Shown here one piece after another: positions 9,311-17,883 of a stretch of DNA of 64,000 nucleotides (position 1 is its first letter; each line of letters begins with the position of its first letter). The position numbers and the translations under genes are program-made. Source of the DNA: Candidatus Yanofskybacteria bacterium (GTDB lineage Bacteria; Patescibacteriota; Minisyncoccia; 2-02-FULL-40-12; GWA2-44-9); assembly GCA_020852375.1 (NCBI GenBank), contig JADZAY010000019.1, positions 15,319 through 79,318 on the forward strand, in the 5' to 3' direction. A model generated the notes under the pieces. It was not told the DNA's origin, searched no databases, and was given only the letters and a program-made list of their open reading frames with translations.

Positions 9311-9367
9311 CACACAGAGCCCTTCGGGGTTCTGTGTGTTACGACAAAAACTCCCCTTTGCGGGGAG
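9311..9367 (-). terminator. Tandem hairpins on the minus strand ending in a U-run; terminator for the small gene at 9368..9640
   Basis: The hairpin CTCCCC-tttgc-GGGGAG at 9351-9367 is followed on the minus strand by TTTTT. A second hairpin, CACACAGAGCCC-ttcg-GGGTTCTGTGTG, lies at 9311-9338. The first hairpin starts immediately after the TAG stop. Confidence 0.5.
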
Positions 9368-9640
9368 CTAAAATGCTCGGTGAGGGCCCTCATGGTGTTC
9401 TGGCAGGGAGCAGGTGAGGCGAATGTAGCCCGAGAGTCCGATGGGCTGTCCGCAGCGGTGCCACGGGGAGAGCGGCGTAGCAGCGGCGATGATCTCGTTG
9501 AGCTTTTGGCGAAGCTGTTCGCCGGTGATAGATTTTGAGCCACGGCAGACGGGGCAGAAAGTGCGCCCCGACAGCATGCCATCTTCAAGTCCGTCGGGAA
9601 TCCATCCCACGCCTCTGCATTCGTAGCAGCGGAAGCGCAT
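9368..9640 (-). CDS. Small zinc-ribbon protein of about 90 aa, with two CxxC pairs
   Basis: A strong SD sequence AGGAGG lies 6 nt before the ATG. The protein begins MRFRCYECRG and contains FCPVCRG. A terminator hairpin follows the stop. The gene lies upstream of the giant gene on the same strand. Confidence 0.55.
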   Translation of the reverse strand: MRFRCYECRGVGWIPDGLEDGMLSGRTFCPVCRGSKSITGEQLRQKLNEIIAAATPLSPWHRCGQPIGLSGYIRLTCSLPEHHEGPHRAF

Positions 9641-9904
9641 GTGCGTCCTCCTCGTATGAACTTCGCCAACGGTACCAGCCCCGCGTGAGGGGTGCAAGGT
9701 CGGTTGTATTGCTGTATAGGAGGAGTACGGTGCGGGTATGAGCCGTATTCGTCGCTGGTTTCTCTATATTACGAACAACGAGGAAATCTCCCGGCACGAG
9801 GAGCTGTTCGATATCCTCTTTTTCATCATCAATACTGCGGCGCTCGTGTTCGGTGTCGTCATGTTCATCGTCCACGACGAGCCCCAATGGATACCCGTGT
9901 TGGT

Positions 9905-9954
9905 CATTGAATACAGTTGGGCGCTTGATAACATGCGCCACAACCGTCCGTAGC
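9905..9954 (+). repeat. Copy A of a roughly 52-bp direct repeat, TCATTGaATAcAGTTGGGCGCTTGATAACaTGCGCCACAaCCGTCCGTAG. It contains the internal palindrome GGCGC-N10-GCGCC.
   Basis: Copy A is 45 of 50 identical to 26552..26601. It lies 38 bp upstream of the first gene of the plus-strand array. Confidence 0.7.
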
Positions 9955-9991
9955 TATGGGGGGCGTGTTGCGTGTGATACAATAGAGGCAT

Positions 9992-11560
9992 ATGCCTTGG
10001 AGGGTGCGTGTTTCACGAATCCGGTGGCTGTCTTTTTGGCAACGCGCCAAGGAGTACTGCTCAAAGCGGAGATTTCTCTCTACTACGAAGAGAGGTGCCT
10101 TGAGCGTCTTAGTGGTTGCGCTGGCTGCAACCCAGACGACCATTGTGCACGCGGGGGTTTCGTATTACTACTCACCGCTGTGCCTTGGGAGTCTGGTGAA
10201 TTCTCGGTATGCGGAGGGCCCGCCCGAAACGGGAGGTGATCCGGCGCAGTTCACGGGGGAAAATTCTGCGCAGGTTCAGAACACGAGCGGCCAAATATAC
10301 TGTGGGAGATTCGCGTCTTCCGACGCTCCGTCCGGTGATGTCCGATCTATTGCTCTTCGCATTGCGGCCACTACATCTGATGCTCTTCGCGGAACTCCTC
10401 CGGTCGAGGTTTTCGACGGGACGACCCTAGATGGATTTGATGCGAGCGGAGTTTTTATACCGCCCCAGGAGACCGACTCCGCTCCAGAAGGGGAGTCTCC
10501 CGTCGCATCAGGATCTGAGGCGCCGGCGCTCGTTCCGGTTGAGGAGCCGTCTCCGATTGCAACCTCGTCTCTTCCCGAAGAGACGCCGCTCTCGATCGAG
10601 CCGGTCGTCCTTGATCCAGTCATTTCGCCATTCGAGTCTCCTGTGCCATCAGATACCGCGCAGCCACCAGCAGCTTCTCCGTTCGTGGAGGAGCCCGCAG
10701 TCGTACCGACCCAAGAGCCCGTCCTAGAGCCCGAGCCCGCCCCAGAGCCGTCAGCGTTTTTGAAGTGGCTGTTTCCGGTAGCTCATGCGGGAGAGATCGC
10801 ATCCGATTCTGCGAGCTTGGACGAGGTCTTTACTGTGCGATATTCGATCGACGGAGCAACATGGATCCCGGCAGGTTCGGTGAAGAGGGGCCAGACGAGC
10901 GATATCCGCTTCGATCTCCCCACTGAGGCGTTCGAAGCCCTTGATAATTTCCAGGTTGCCATTTTCACCGGTCTTGGTCTTGAGACCTCAACGCTCTACG
11001 TTGATAGTATCTGGCTTGAGGTCGAATATGACTCTCCAATTGTTTCGTTCATCGGGGATGTCGCCGCGACGATCGTCGATGCGATCATCCCGGAAGAGGC
11101 GCCCTCCACTTCCGCGGATGCACTAGCGACTCCAACCCCGACGCCGAAGGTGAAGCGACTGGTTTGGGAGTTCGGTTCCTTGGGGAGCGAGGTCTCGACC
11201 GAGCAGGAGCTTCCCTGGTATCCCTCCGGAGCCTCGAGCGCCGACGCTTCCGGACCTGCCAAGGGTGAGCTGCGTATCTCCGGTGACCACATTTCCTTGA
11301 GTGGATCGTGCACCGAGACGCACTTTGTTGTGCTGGTGTTTCGTGGAAAAGAAGACTATGTGCGCGACCCGGCGTCTGCGCTTTACAACGCGGCACTTCC
11401 GTGCGACAGTGGATTACTTTCGTACGAGATGAGCTCGCTTCCGGTGCCGATAGAGGACGGAACGTATTGGCTTATGATCGGCCAGCAGGGCCGTGGTCCG
11501 TGGGAGCCGATCAGCTCGCTGTATCCGGTTCGCATCACCGTGCGAGAGGTTGAGGAGTAA
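9992..11560 (+). CDS. Secreted or membrane-anchored hypothetical protein of 522 aa with a Pro/Glu/Ser-rich low-complexity linker
   Basis: An N-terminal hydrophobic segment ALSVLVVALAATQTTIVHA is followed by a PE-rich linker and a globular C-terminal domain. The RBS AGAGG is present, and the extended -10 element TGaTACAAT at 9975-9983 implies a leaderless or near-leaderless mRNA. Confidence 0.6.
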   Translation: MPWRVRVSRIRWLSFWQRAKEYCSKRRFLSTTKRGALSVLVVALAATQTTIVHAGVSYYYSPLCLGSLVNSRYAEGPPETGGDPAQFTGENSAQVQNTSGQIYCGRFASSDAPSGDVRSIALRIAATTSDALRGTPPVEVFDGTTLDGFDASGVFIPPQETDSAPEGESPVASGSEAPALVPVEEPSPIATSSLPEETPLSIEPVVLDPVISPFESPVPSDTAQPPAASPFVEEPAVVPTQEPVLEPEPAPEPSAFLKWLFPVAHAGEIASDSASLDEVFTVRYSIDGATWIPAGSVKRGQTSDIRFDLPTEAFEALDNFQVAIFTGLGLETSTLYVDSIWLEVEYDSPIVSFIGDVAATIVDAIIPEEAPSTSADALATPTPTPKVKRLVWEFGSLGSEVSTEQELPWYPSGASSADASGPAKGELRISGDHISLSGSCTETHFVVLVFRGKEDYVRDPASALYNAALPCDSGLLSYEMSSLPVPIEDGTYWLMIGQQGRGPWEPISSLYPVRITVREVEE

Positions 11561-11569
11561 CGTTGCGAC

Positions 11570-12202
11570 ATGATCGTCTCAAAGCAGCTCGAACGAATGA
11601 ACGCGGTGGTCGTATTTCGGAGTGACGGGTTTTCTGTCCCCGATAATGCGGCATTCTCGGCGCTGTATCCCGGTCCCGCCGGGAAGGGGATGCGATTCGT
11701 TGAGGATCAGATCACGCGAACGTCCGTGCTGAGCGTTCCGTCGTTGCGACTTGTTTTCGCGGTTGAGGGGAATCGCTTTCGAGTCGACGACGATTCGGGT
11801 CAGGATCCCGGATCGAGCCCGCTACCTGATCATTTCCGGCAAGCTCTCGAAGGGCTCTTTCCTGGGGCGCGTCCGGAAAGCTACGGGTTTAATTTTGATG
11901 TGTACTTCCGTTTCGGGTCGGTTCTTCCGAGCGGTGCAGTATTTCGCTCTTTTGTGAGCGACGAGATCTTTCGCGAACGAGATCTACGCGATGTCGGTGT
12001 TCAGTTCACGATGGAGCGAAATGGCGGCGCGCAGCGCGAGACCTATTTCATAAAATTTGTCGATCCGCTCGAGATCGCGGTGCACGCGAATATCCATGTG
12101 CCGTCTGAGGATATACCGAGCAGTGACGGGCTTCGAGCTCGGTTGGCAGCGGCGTACAATGATATCGAAGGAGTTGTGAATACGCTCAAGCTAAACGCAT
12201 GA
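11570..12202 (+). CDS. Hypothetical protein of 210 aa
   Basis: Tightly linked in the array, and its stop overlaps the next start as ATGA. Third-position GC is high. Confidence 0.5.
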   Translation: MIVSKQLERMNAVVVFRSDGFSVPDNAAFSALYPGPAGKGMRFVEDQITRTSVLSVPSLRLVFAVEGNRFRVDDDSGQDPGSSPLPDHFRQALEGLFPGARPESYGFNFDVYFRFGSVLPSGAVFRSFVSDEIFRERDLRDVGVQFTMERNGGAQRETYFIKFVDPLEIAVHANIHVPSEDIPSSDGLRARLAAAYNDIEGVVNTLKLNA

Positions 12203-13773
12203 CCATCACTTCTCGCGGCGTCACGTTGAATCGCAGGCGGTGGGGGGCGATCGGGCTCCTGTTCCTTATTGCGGTCGAGGGGATTCTTTCCCTGTTCCTT
12301 GTACTTTCACTTGCCGCAGATGCACTTTTTCCTCAAGGGGCGCGTGCCGCGGTGGGGGTAAGTCGCAAGCTTTCCTATCAAGGGAGACTCACCGACTTGA
12401 GCGGAACTGCGCTTGGAGGTAGCTCGGGGACGAACTACTGCTTCCGGTTCCGGATCTACGACGCCGCCACCGGCGGGAGTCAGGTGTGGCCGCTGGGTGG
12501 CGCTACGCCTGCATCGACCACCGTGAAGGTGAAAGACGGGATTTTTGCGACTGCGATCGGAGATGCGAACGTGCTGAACTACGACTTTACCGCGAACGAC
12601 ACGTTGTATCTTCAAGTGGAGGTGAATAATACGCCGACCACGTGCAGTGGCAGCTGGGAGACTCTTGATGTGCGCCAGCGCCTCGATGCCGTCGCGTATG
12701 CTCGTACTGCTGAATTCGTATACTCTGACCTGCTTCGCGTCGCCTCGGGGTCCGCTGCGGTTCAGATCGGGACCGGCGCAGGGCAGGCAACGCCGATCTT
12801 CTTGGGCTTGGATGTGAAGAACACTGATGAGGCGGTCGGGGCTTCGTGCACCACGAATGGGCGGCTGTGGTACAACTCATCTGATTCTCGGGCACGGGTG
12901 TGCCAAGGCGGGATCATTCAAGATATTGTTGACGGTCTTTTGGTTCGGGACGAGGGTGTCGACCAGGGGCGCGCATCGACGGCCCTCGATTTTACCGGTG
13001 GTGGCGTTTCGGCGTCTCGTGGCGCCGGGGGAGTTATCAATGTGAACATTCCGGTGGGGAGCCTAAGCGGGGGGACCACGCGAGCGACGCTTGGTGAGAT
13101 CGTTTTCTCGAACGCGAACGGCGTCTCGTTCGGTGTGAACGGCCAGACCATCACGGCGAGCGTGAACGCGGGCGGCGGTGGAGGGGGGTTCCGCGAATAT
13201 GCGGCGACGAACATGCAGTCATGGAACTCTGCATATTGGGCGGTTGGAGCGAATACGACGCATAGTACGGTTCTGGTTGCCCCTCTTCAGATTCGCGGCT
13301 CCGTTTCCGTAAAGACGCTTGGGTTTATGCTGTCCAGAAGTAGTGGCACAACATTGGCACATACGCTCTATGCGGGAGTGTATTCATTAAATGGAAGTAC
13401 GCTTTCGCTTATCAGCTCAACATCCGGGAACTTCAGTCTTTCAACAACTGCACAATGGGCCGCGGCGCGTATGTACCAACTGACCGGATTGAGCGGCCTC
13501 GAGCTGACCCCTGGTCAGTACTGGGTTGCCGTCCGCGCGGCTGTTACGAGCGGCTCCATTCATCTCTTGGGACGAGCGAGTGCGTCGGGGAACTTTTCAG
13601 GGAGAGTCCTGCCGGGAACGAATAGCTCCGCTACGAATTCATCAGTACAGTGGTTTCCGGGTCAGGGTTGGTTTTCCTCAGGGGCCCTCCCGAACTCCAT
13701 GGCGCTTTCAAACATCAACAACGCCGGGACGCTCGGGCGCGGAGCTCCGTTCATAACGATCACCGAAATATAG
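12199..13773 (+). CDS. Membrane-anchored cell-surface protein of 524 aa with a single N-terminal TM helix; the N-terminal motif LSYQGRLTD...F.F.IYDA.TGG..WP is conserved
   Basis: The TM helix GAIGLLFLIAVEGILSLFLVLSLAA is followed by a large extracytoplasmic Gly/Ser/Thr-rich domain. Translationally coupled to both neighbours. Confidence 0.6.
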   Translation: MTITSRGVTLNRRRWGAIGLLFLIAVEGILSLFLVLSLAADALFPQGARAAVGVSRKLSYQGRLTDLSGTALGGSSGTNYCFRFRIYDAATGGSQVWPLGGATPASTTVKVKDGIFATAIGDANVLNYDFTANDTLYLQVEVNNTPTTCSGSWETLDVRQRLDAVAYARTAEFVYSDLLRVASGSAAVQIGTGAGQATPIFLGLDVKNTDEAVGASCTTNGRLWYNSSDSRARVCQGGIIQDIVDGLLVRDEGVDQGRASTALDFTGGGVSASRGAGGVINVNIPVGSLSGGTTRATLGEIVFSNANGVSFGVNGQTITASVNAGGGGGGFREYAATNMQSWNSAYWAVGANTTHSTVLVAPLQIRGSVSVKTLGFMLSRSSGTTLAHTLYAGVYSLNGSTLSLISSTSGNFSLSTTAQWAAARMYQLTGLSGLELTPGQYWVAVRAAVTSGSIHLLGRASASGNFSGRVLPGTNSSATNSSVQWFPGQGWFSSGALPNSMALSNINNAGTLGRGAPFITITEI

Positions 13774-13774
13774 G

Positions 13775-14587
13775 ATGGACGATCATCATGTTCGAATTCA
13801 TCGTTTGGACGACGTGCTCAAGGACGCATACCATGAGCGGGTCGCCTACAACGCGATGCCGCGCGGTGAGCACTTCCGAGATCTCTCCACGGTCATTATT
13901 ACGGCGGTTCGCGGCGATCGGAGAGAGACGAGGAGTATGAATTGTCCGAAGTGCAATCACCTAATCACCTATGAGCACTTCAGTTCGAACGGGTTCCATC
14001 CGATGGTCGTGGAGTCATGGAAGCGTATGATTCGTCCCATGAACCAGCCTATCGTCGAGGTGGTTTCTTCGGGGTATGAGGTCGGCGACGCCTACGAACA
14101 CTCCATTGAGGCGGTTCTGAACAATCCCGATCTTGCGAAATTCAAGTACATTCTCTTTATTGAGGACGATATGATCATCCCGTGGATGCCTGGTACGCGT
14201 GGCCCTTTGTTCGAGCTGTATCGGCATATGGATACTTACGATGTTGCCGGGGCACTGTATTGGACGAAGGGCGAGGTTTCCATGCCGCTTATTTTTGGTG
14301 ACCCTGCTCGCGGTACGGATAACTACGAGGCGCTTACGAATTGGGATTCGGGGGATGTGGTCGAGTGTAACGGTACCGGCATGGGATTTACGCTTTTCAA
14401 GATGGATTTGTTCAAGGACGCGCGCGTTGACCGTCCCTGGTTCCATACACTTCAGAATGTGGACGAGGGTGGAATGACGCAGGACCTGTATTTCTATCGA
14501 AAGATTCGGAGGCTGGGGTATCGTATTTGTGTTGACACATCGATCAAGTGCGGGCATCTCGATGTGAGAACGGGGCAGGTGTATTGA
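13775..14587 (+). CDS. Glycosyltransferase-like protein, GT-A fold, family 2-like
   Basis: The N-terminus TVIITAVRGDRR is Rossmann-like. A DxD-like motif FIEDDMI is present, as is a C-terminal QDLYFYRKIRRLGYRI resembling the GT2 ED..R...G.RI motif. The start lies 2 nt after the upstream stop. Confidence 0.5.
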   Translation: MDDHHVRIHRLDDVLKDAYHERVAYNAMPRGEHFRDLSTVIITAVRGDRRETRSMNCPKCNHLITYEHFSSNGFHPMVVESWKRMIRPMNQPIVEVVSSGYEVGDAYEHSIEAVLNNPDLAKFKYILFIEDDMIIPWMPGTRGPLFELYRHMDTYDVAGALYWTKGEVSMPLIFGDPARGTDNYEALTNWDSGDVVECNGTGMGFTLFKMDLFKDARVDRPWFHTLQNVDEGGMTQDLYFYRKIRRLGYRICVDTSIKCGHLDVRTGQVY

Positions 14588-14588
14588 T

Positions 14589-15563
14589 ATGGCGCGATCG
14601 CATAACCTAATCCTTCTCGCGGCGCTCGGGGGCATATTGGGTGTTGGTCTTGTCGCGCTCGCCGCGCAAAATCGTTCGTTGCGCAGTCAGCTTGCGGCGC
14701 ACAGCGCCTCTAGCTCGTTTGAGCTTTTGAATCCGGTGAAGGCGCTGAAGATCAATCGGCACTTCATCATCGACTTCTCTGATCTTCGAAAGAGCTTCGA
14801 TCGAATTGTGAAGAAGTATCCCCAGAAAACGTACCTCTATTTCATGTATCTGAGCAATGGTGGCTGGGTTGGAGTGAACGAGCGGGATCAATTTGTTGCG
14901 GCGAGCCTCATCAAAGTTCCGCTCGCGATGGCATTCTATAAGGCGGTGGAAGATGGCCGTATCAATCTTTCCCAGGAATACGCACTCGCGGAGACCGATC
15001 TTGATGATGGATTCGGTGATCTGTATAAAGTCGGTGCCGGTAAGAGCTATTCCGCTCGTGACCTGCTCCGCATCATACTGTCTCGTTCGGATAACACCGC
15101 CATGCGCGCCGTGACGACTCTTCTGCGGAGGGTTGGTATCGATGATCCGCTCAGTGATGTGTACGCCGAGTTGGGGTGGGAGGTGTTGCCTCCGCTGGTC
15201 GCAAATGGAGATGCTTCGGGCATTAATTATTCGGAGATCAGTGTGAAAGTGCTCTCGAATATGCTTCTCGCACTCTATAATGCTACCTATATCAGCAGCG
15301 AACACTCGCAGGAGATCCTCAAGGATCTGAGCGAATCAGAATTTAATGATTCGATTCCTGGGGGGGTTCCCAATGGCACTATTGTTGCGCACAAGATAGG
15401 GGCTTCGGCAAATGACCAGACATTCTCCGACTGTGGCATCGTGTATGTTCCCGGAAGACCCTATCTCCTGTGTCTTGGCTCGAACGGAGGAGATCAGGAT
15501 CGGGCGAACCGTTTCATGGCGGAGGTTTCACGCGCGGTATTCGATTTTGTTACTACCCACTAA
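14589..15563 (+). CDS. Membrane-anchored serine hydrolase of the class A beta-lactamase / PBP-like family
   Basis: The SxxK motif is AASLIKVP, the SDN motif is SRSDNTA, and a KTG-like motif is HKIGAS. An N-terminal TM anchor is present. Confidence 0.65.
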   Translation: MARSHNLILLAALGGILGVGLVALAAQNRSLRSQLAAHSASSSFELLNPVKALKINRHFIIDFSDLRKSFDRIVKKYPQKTYLYFMYLSNGGWVGVNERDQFVAASLIKVPLAMAFYKAVEDGRINLSQEYALAETDLDDGFGDLYKVGAGKSYSARDLLRIILSRSDNTAMRAVTTLLRRVGIDDPLSDVYAELGWEVLPPLVANGDASGINYSEISVKVLSNMLLALYNATYISSEHSQEILKDLSESEFNDSIPGGVPNGTIVAHKIGASANDQTFSDCGIVYVPGRPYLLCLGSNGGDQDRANRFMAEVSRAVFDFVTTH

Positions 15564-15566
15564 TCT

Positions 15567-16076
15567 ATGAAGCTTGATCTTGCGTGCGGACAGCAAAAGC
15601 GGCCGGGATTTCACGGTGTCGATATCACTCCTGGTTCCGGAGTTGATACGGTGTGGGATCTGGAGCGTTTTCCGTGGGAACCGTTTGCGGACAACTCGGT
15701 CGAGGAGATCCATGTGTCTCACTATGTGGAGCATACGAAGGACCTCATGAAGTTCATGGATGAGGTGTGGCGGATCGCCGCACCGGATGCGAAGGTGACC
15801 ATCGTGGGTCCGTACTACACCAGTATTCGTGCATGGCAGGATCCCACCCACACGCGGGCGATCTCGGAGGCGACCTGGGCATACTTCAACAAGGACTGGA
15901 GGGTCGCGAATAAGCTCGATCACTATCCCATTCGTTCCCATTTTGCCATCGACCGAATTTTGACGTTCTTCAACCCGCCGTGGGACAAGAAGAGCGATGA
16001 GGCAAAGCAGTTCGCCCAGCAGCATTACTTCAATGTGGTTTCAGACATTCTGGTCGAACTTCGCGCAATCAAATAG
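15567..16076 (+). CDS. Class I SAM-dependent methyltransferase, Methyltransf_11-like
   Basis: Motif I reads MKLDLACGQ, matching the LDLGCG pattern. The protein is 169 aa, a typical size. Confidence 0.65.
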   Translation: MKLDLACGQQKRPGFHGVDITPGSGVDTVWDLERFPWEPFADNSVEEIHVSHYVEHTKDLMKFMDEVWRIAAPDAKVTIVGPYYTSIRAWQDPTHTRAISEATWAYFNKDWRVANKLDHYPIRSHFAIDRILTFFNPPWDKKSDEAKQFAQQHYFNVVSDILVELRAIK

Positions 16077-16077
16077 C

Positions 16078-16554
16078 ATGCGGCGACACATTGGGCGTGT
16101 CGTGGTGCTTTGCGTCGCGCTTGTGATCGTTTTTGCGGTGTTGCGTGGTGAGCATGACGACGGCGCGTCCCAGGAGCTTCGAGGGTTCGCTATCCGGCCT
16201 CTGGCGCAGGGATTCAGTCTCGGGGGTGAGGATGGTGGTCGGAAATCAGTTCTCCACGACATTCTTTCGGGATATCCCGAACCCGCGAAATTCCGCTCCG
16301 TCGACATTCCTGGCGGGTCGTTTGCGATCGCAGAGTCCTGTCGAGACGCTTATATCGCTGTTATCCTCTATGCTCGGAAGATCGATTACCGAAAGGAGCC
16401 GGCAGCGGCCGCGCTTAATCAGGCATATCCCTGCACGCCCGGGAAGCGTTTCGTGATAACTGTGGACGCGGAGTCGTATGGACTTCGTGCGGGGACATAT
16501 TATATTGTCGTAGCCGATCAGGGTGTTTCCGGTGCTTGGTACAATCCTCGATAA
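16078..16554 (+). CDS. Hypothetical membrane-anchored protein of 158 aa
   Basis: An ATG (MRRHIGRVVVLCVALVIVFAVL) lies 1 nt after the upstream stop, and a TM helix follows. The track ORF begins earlier in an overlapping frame. Confidence 0.5.
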   Translation: MRRHIGRVVVLCVALVIVFAVLRGEHDDGASQELRGFAIRPLAQGFSLGGEDGGRKSVLHDILSGYPEPAKFRSVDIPGGSFAIAESCRDAYIAVILYARKIDYRKEPAAAALNQAYPCTPGKRFVITVDAESYGLRAGTYYIVVADQGVSGAWYNPR

Positions 16555-16563
16555 ATACGCATC

Positions 16564-17022
16564 ATGAAAGCTGTCACTATTCGAATGCCAACGATGAGTC
16601 AGCTGCGGAGTATGTTTTTGATCGGTGCTGCTGTCTTGGGTGCGATTTTTTTCCTTCTGCCCGCCGCTCAGCGCTTTGTATCGGTGCGTGCAGAAACGCT
16701 TCGTGGTTGGCAGGCCGTATATCTGGTGAATGGGGACCTGTATATCGGGCGCATTCGATCGCTTGATGACAGGAGCCTTGAGCTGAAAGACGCATACTAT
16801 GTTTCACTCGGGTCGAATGATGGTGGACCGGGGCAGGCCGCAAGCGTAAAGCTGCAGAGCGGCGAATTCCGGACGGTGTCGCTTGTTCGGTGGGGGTTTA
16901 GCCAGCCGCTGGTCTCCTTTGGGGTGCTGCAGATCGAGCGATCATCAGTGCTTTTTTGGGAATCGCTGAGCGGTGATGCGGAAGTGGTGAAACAGGTCGA
17001 AGAGGCTCGGAAAAAACAGTAA
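16564..17022 (+). CDS. Hypothetical membrane-anchored protein of 152 aa
   Basis: An N-terminal TM segment MFLIGAAVLGAIFFLLPAA is present. Third-position GC is high. Confidence 0.5.
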   Translation: MKAVTIRMPTMSQLRSMFLIGAAVLGAIFFLLPAAQRFVSVRAETLRGWQAVYLVNGDLYIGRIRSLDDRSLELKDAYYVSLGSNDGGPGQAASVKLQSGEFRTVSLVRWGFSQPLVSFGVLQIERSSVLFWESLSGDAEVVKQVEEARKKQ

Positions 17023-17049
17023 GCTCCATTTCGTGTATACTGGAGGCAC

Positions 17050-17883
17050 ATGAGTCTTTTTGCGCGCACGGGTCTTATTCTACAGGGAGTTGCCATTTTT
17101 GCCTGCCTAATACTGGTGCTCGCGTGGCTTGTTCCCGATGATGCTCTCGGGTACATCGCGAGTTCCTCCTCGTTCATTCTTTTCGGAGGTGGAGTTGATA
17201 GCATCGCTGGGACGGGGTCTTCGTCGACGTTTTTCAATACGAGTGCGGGCGGCCAGGCTGTTGCAGGAGTCGCATCATCCTCATCGTTCATTGCATGTAA
17301 GGGCGCATTGTGCGATCAGCCGGCTGCCGGCACTCCCACGTCATTGACCCTTACCATCGAATCCGGCGGGACGGTGAGCTTCGGGACGCTGGGCTTTCAG
17401 TCCCGTGTGACCCGGACGACAAATCTCCGTATAGACACCACGAATGCAACGGGGTACCAGTTGAGTGCCGGGAGACAGCGTGCGATCGCAAACGTGACCC
17501 TTGCGTCAAGCGCGAATCCGGGGAGCGTCTACATTGACGATATCGGGGGCGGCATCGATGTGTTCGGTGGCCTTGGCGGTTCATGCGGTGCCGCGCAGTG
17601 GCCAGCTGCGTCGGGAGCCTCGACCGGTCTCGGGTTTACCGTATGGGCGGCGAGCATCAATAAAGACACGACGTGCTGGGGGGCCGGATCGACCGAAAGC
17701 GCGATCGAAAACCGCTATGCGGCATTGCAGGCGTCATCGGCTGCATCCGCATTCTTGAGCGCGACTTCGAATAGTCCGAACCCCTCATTTGCATCGGTGG
17801 GCTATAGCCTTGAGATCACGCAGCTTCAGCAGGCGACAGGGTATAGTGGGCAGGTCATCTTTACGGGAACGACTGCTCCATGA
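17050..17883 (+). CDS. Ser/Thr/Gly-rich membrane-anchored protein; paralogue A of the protein encoded at 20191..20958
   Basis: The protein has an N-terminal TM helix. It shares blocks with the 20191 protein: RAIANVTLAS.ANPGS, TGLGFTVWA, CWGAGS, YAALQASSAASA, and a C-terminal YSGQVIFTGTTAP. Its stop overlaps the Wzy_C gene start as ATGA. Confidence 0.6.
   Translation: MSLFARTGLILQGVAIFACLILVLAWLVPDDALGYIASSSSFILFGGGVDSIAGTGSSSTFFNTSAGGQAVAGVASSSSFIACKGALCDQPAAGTPTSLTLTIESGGTVSFGTLGFQSRVTRTTNLRIDTTNATGYQLSAGRQRAIANVTLASSANPGSVYIDDIGGGIDVFGGLGGSCGAAQWPAASGASTGLGFTVWAASINKDTTCWGAGSTESAIENRYAALQASSAASAFLSATSNSPNPSFASVGYSLEITQLQQATGYSGQVIFTGTTAP

Noticed and set aside
9738-9953. 71-aa plus-strand ORF ending inside repeat copy A
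   Set aside because: Its 3' end is encoded by the repeat, which is non-coding at copy B. The RBS spacing is poor. I keep it only as a weak possibility.
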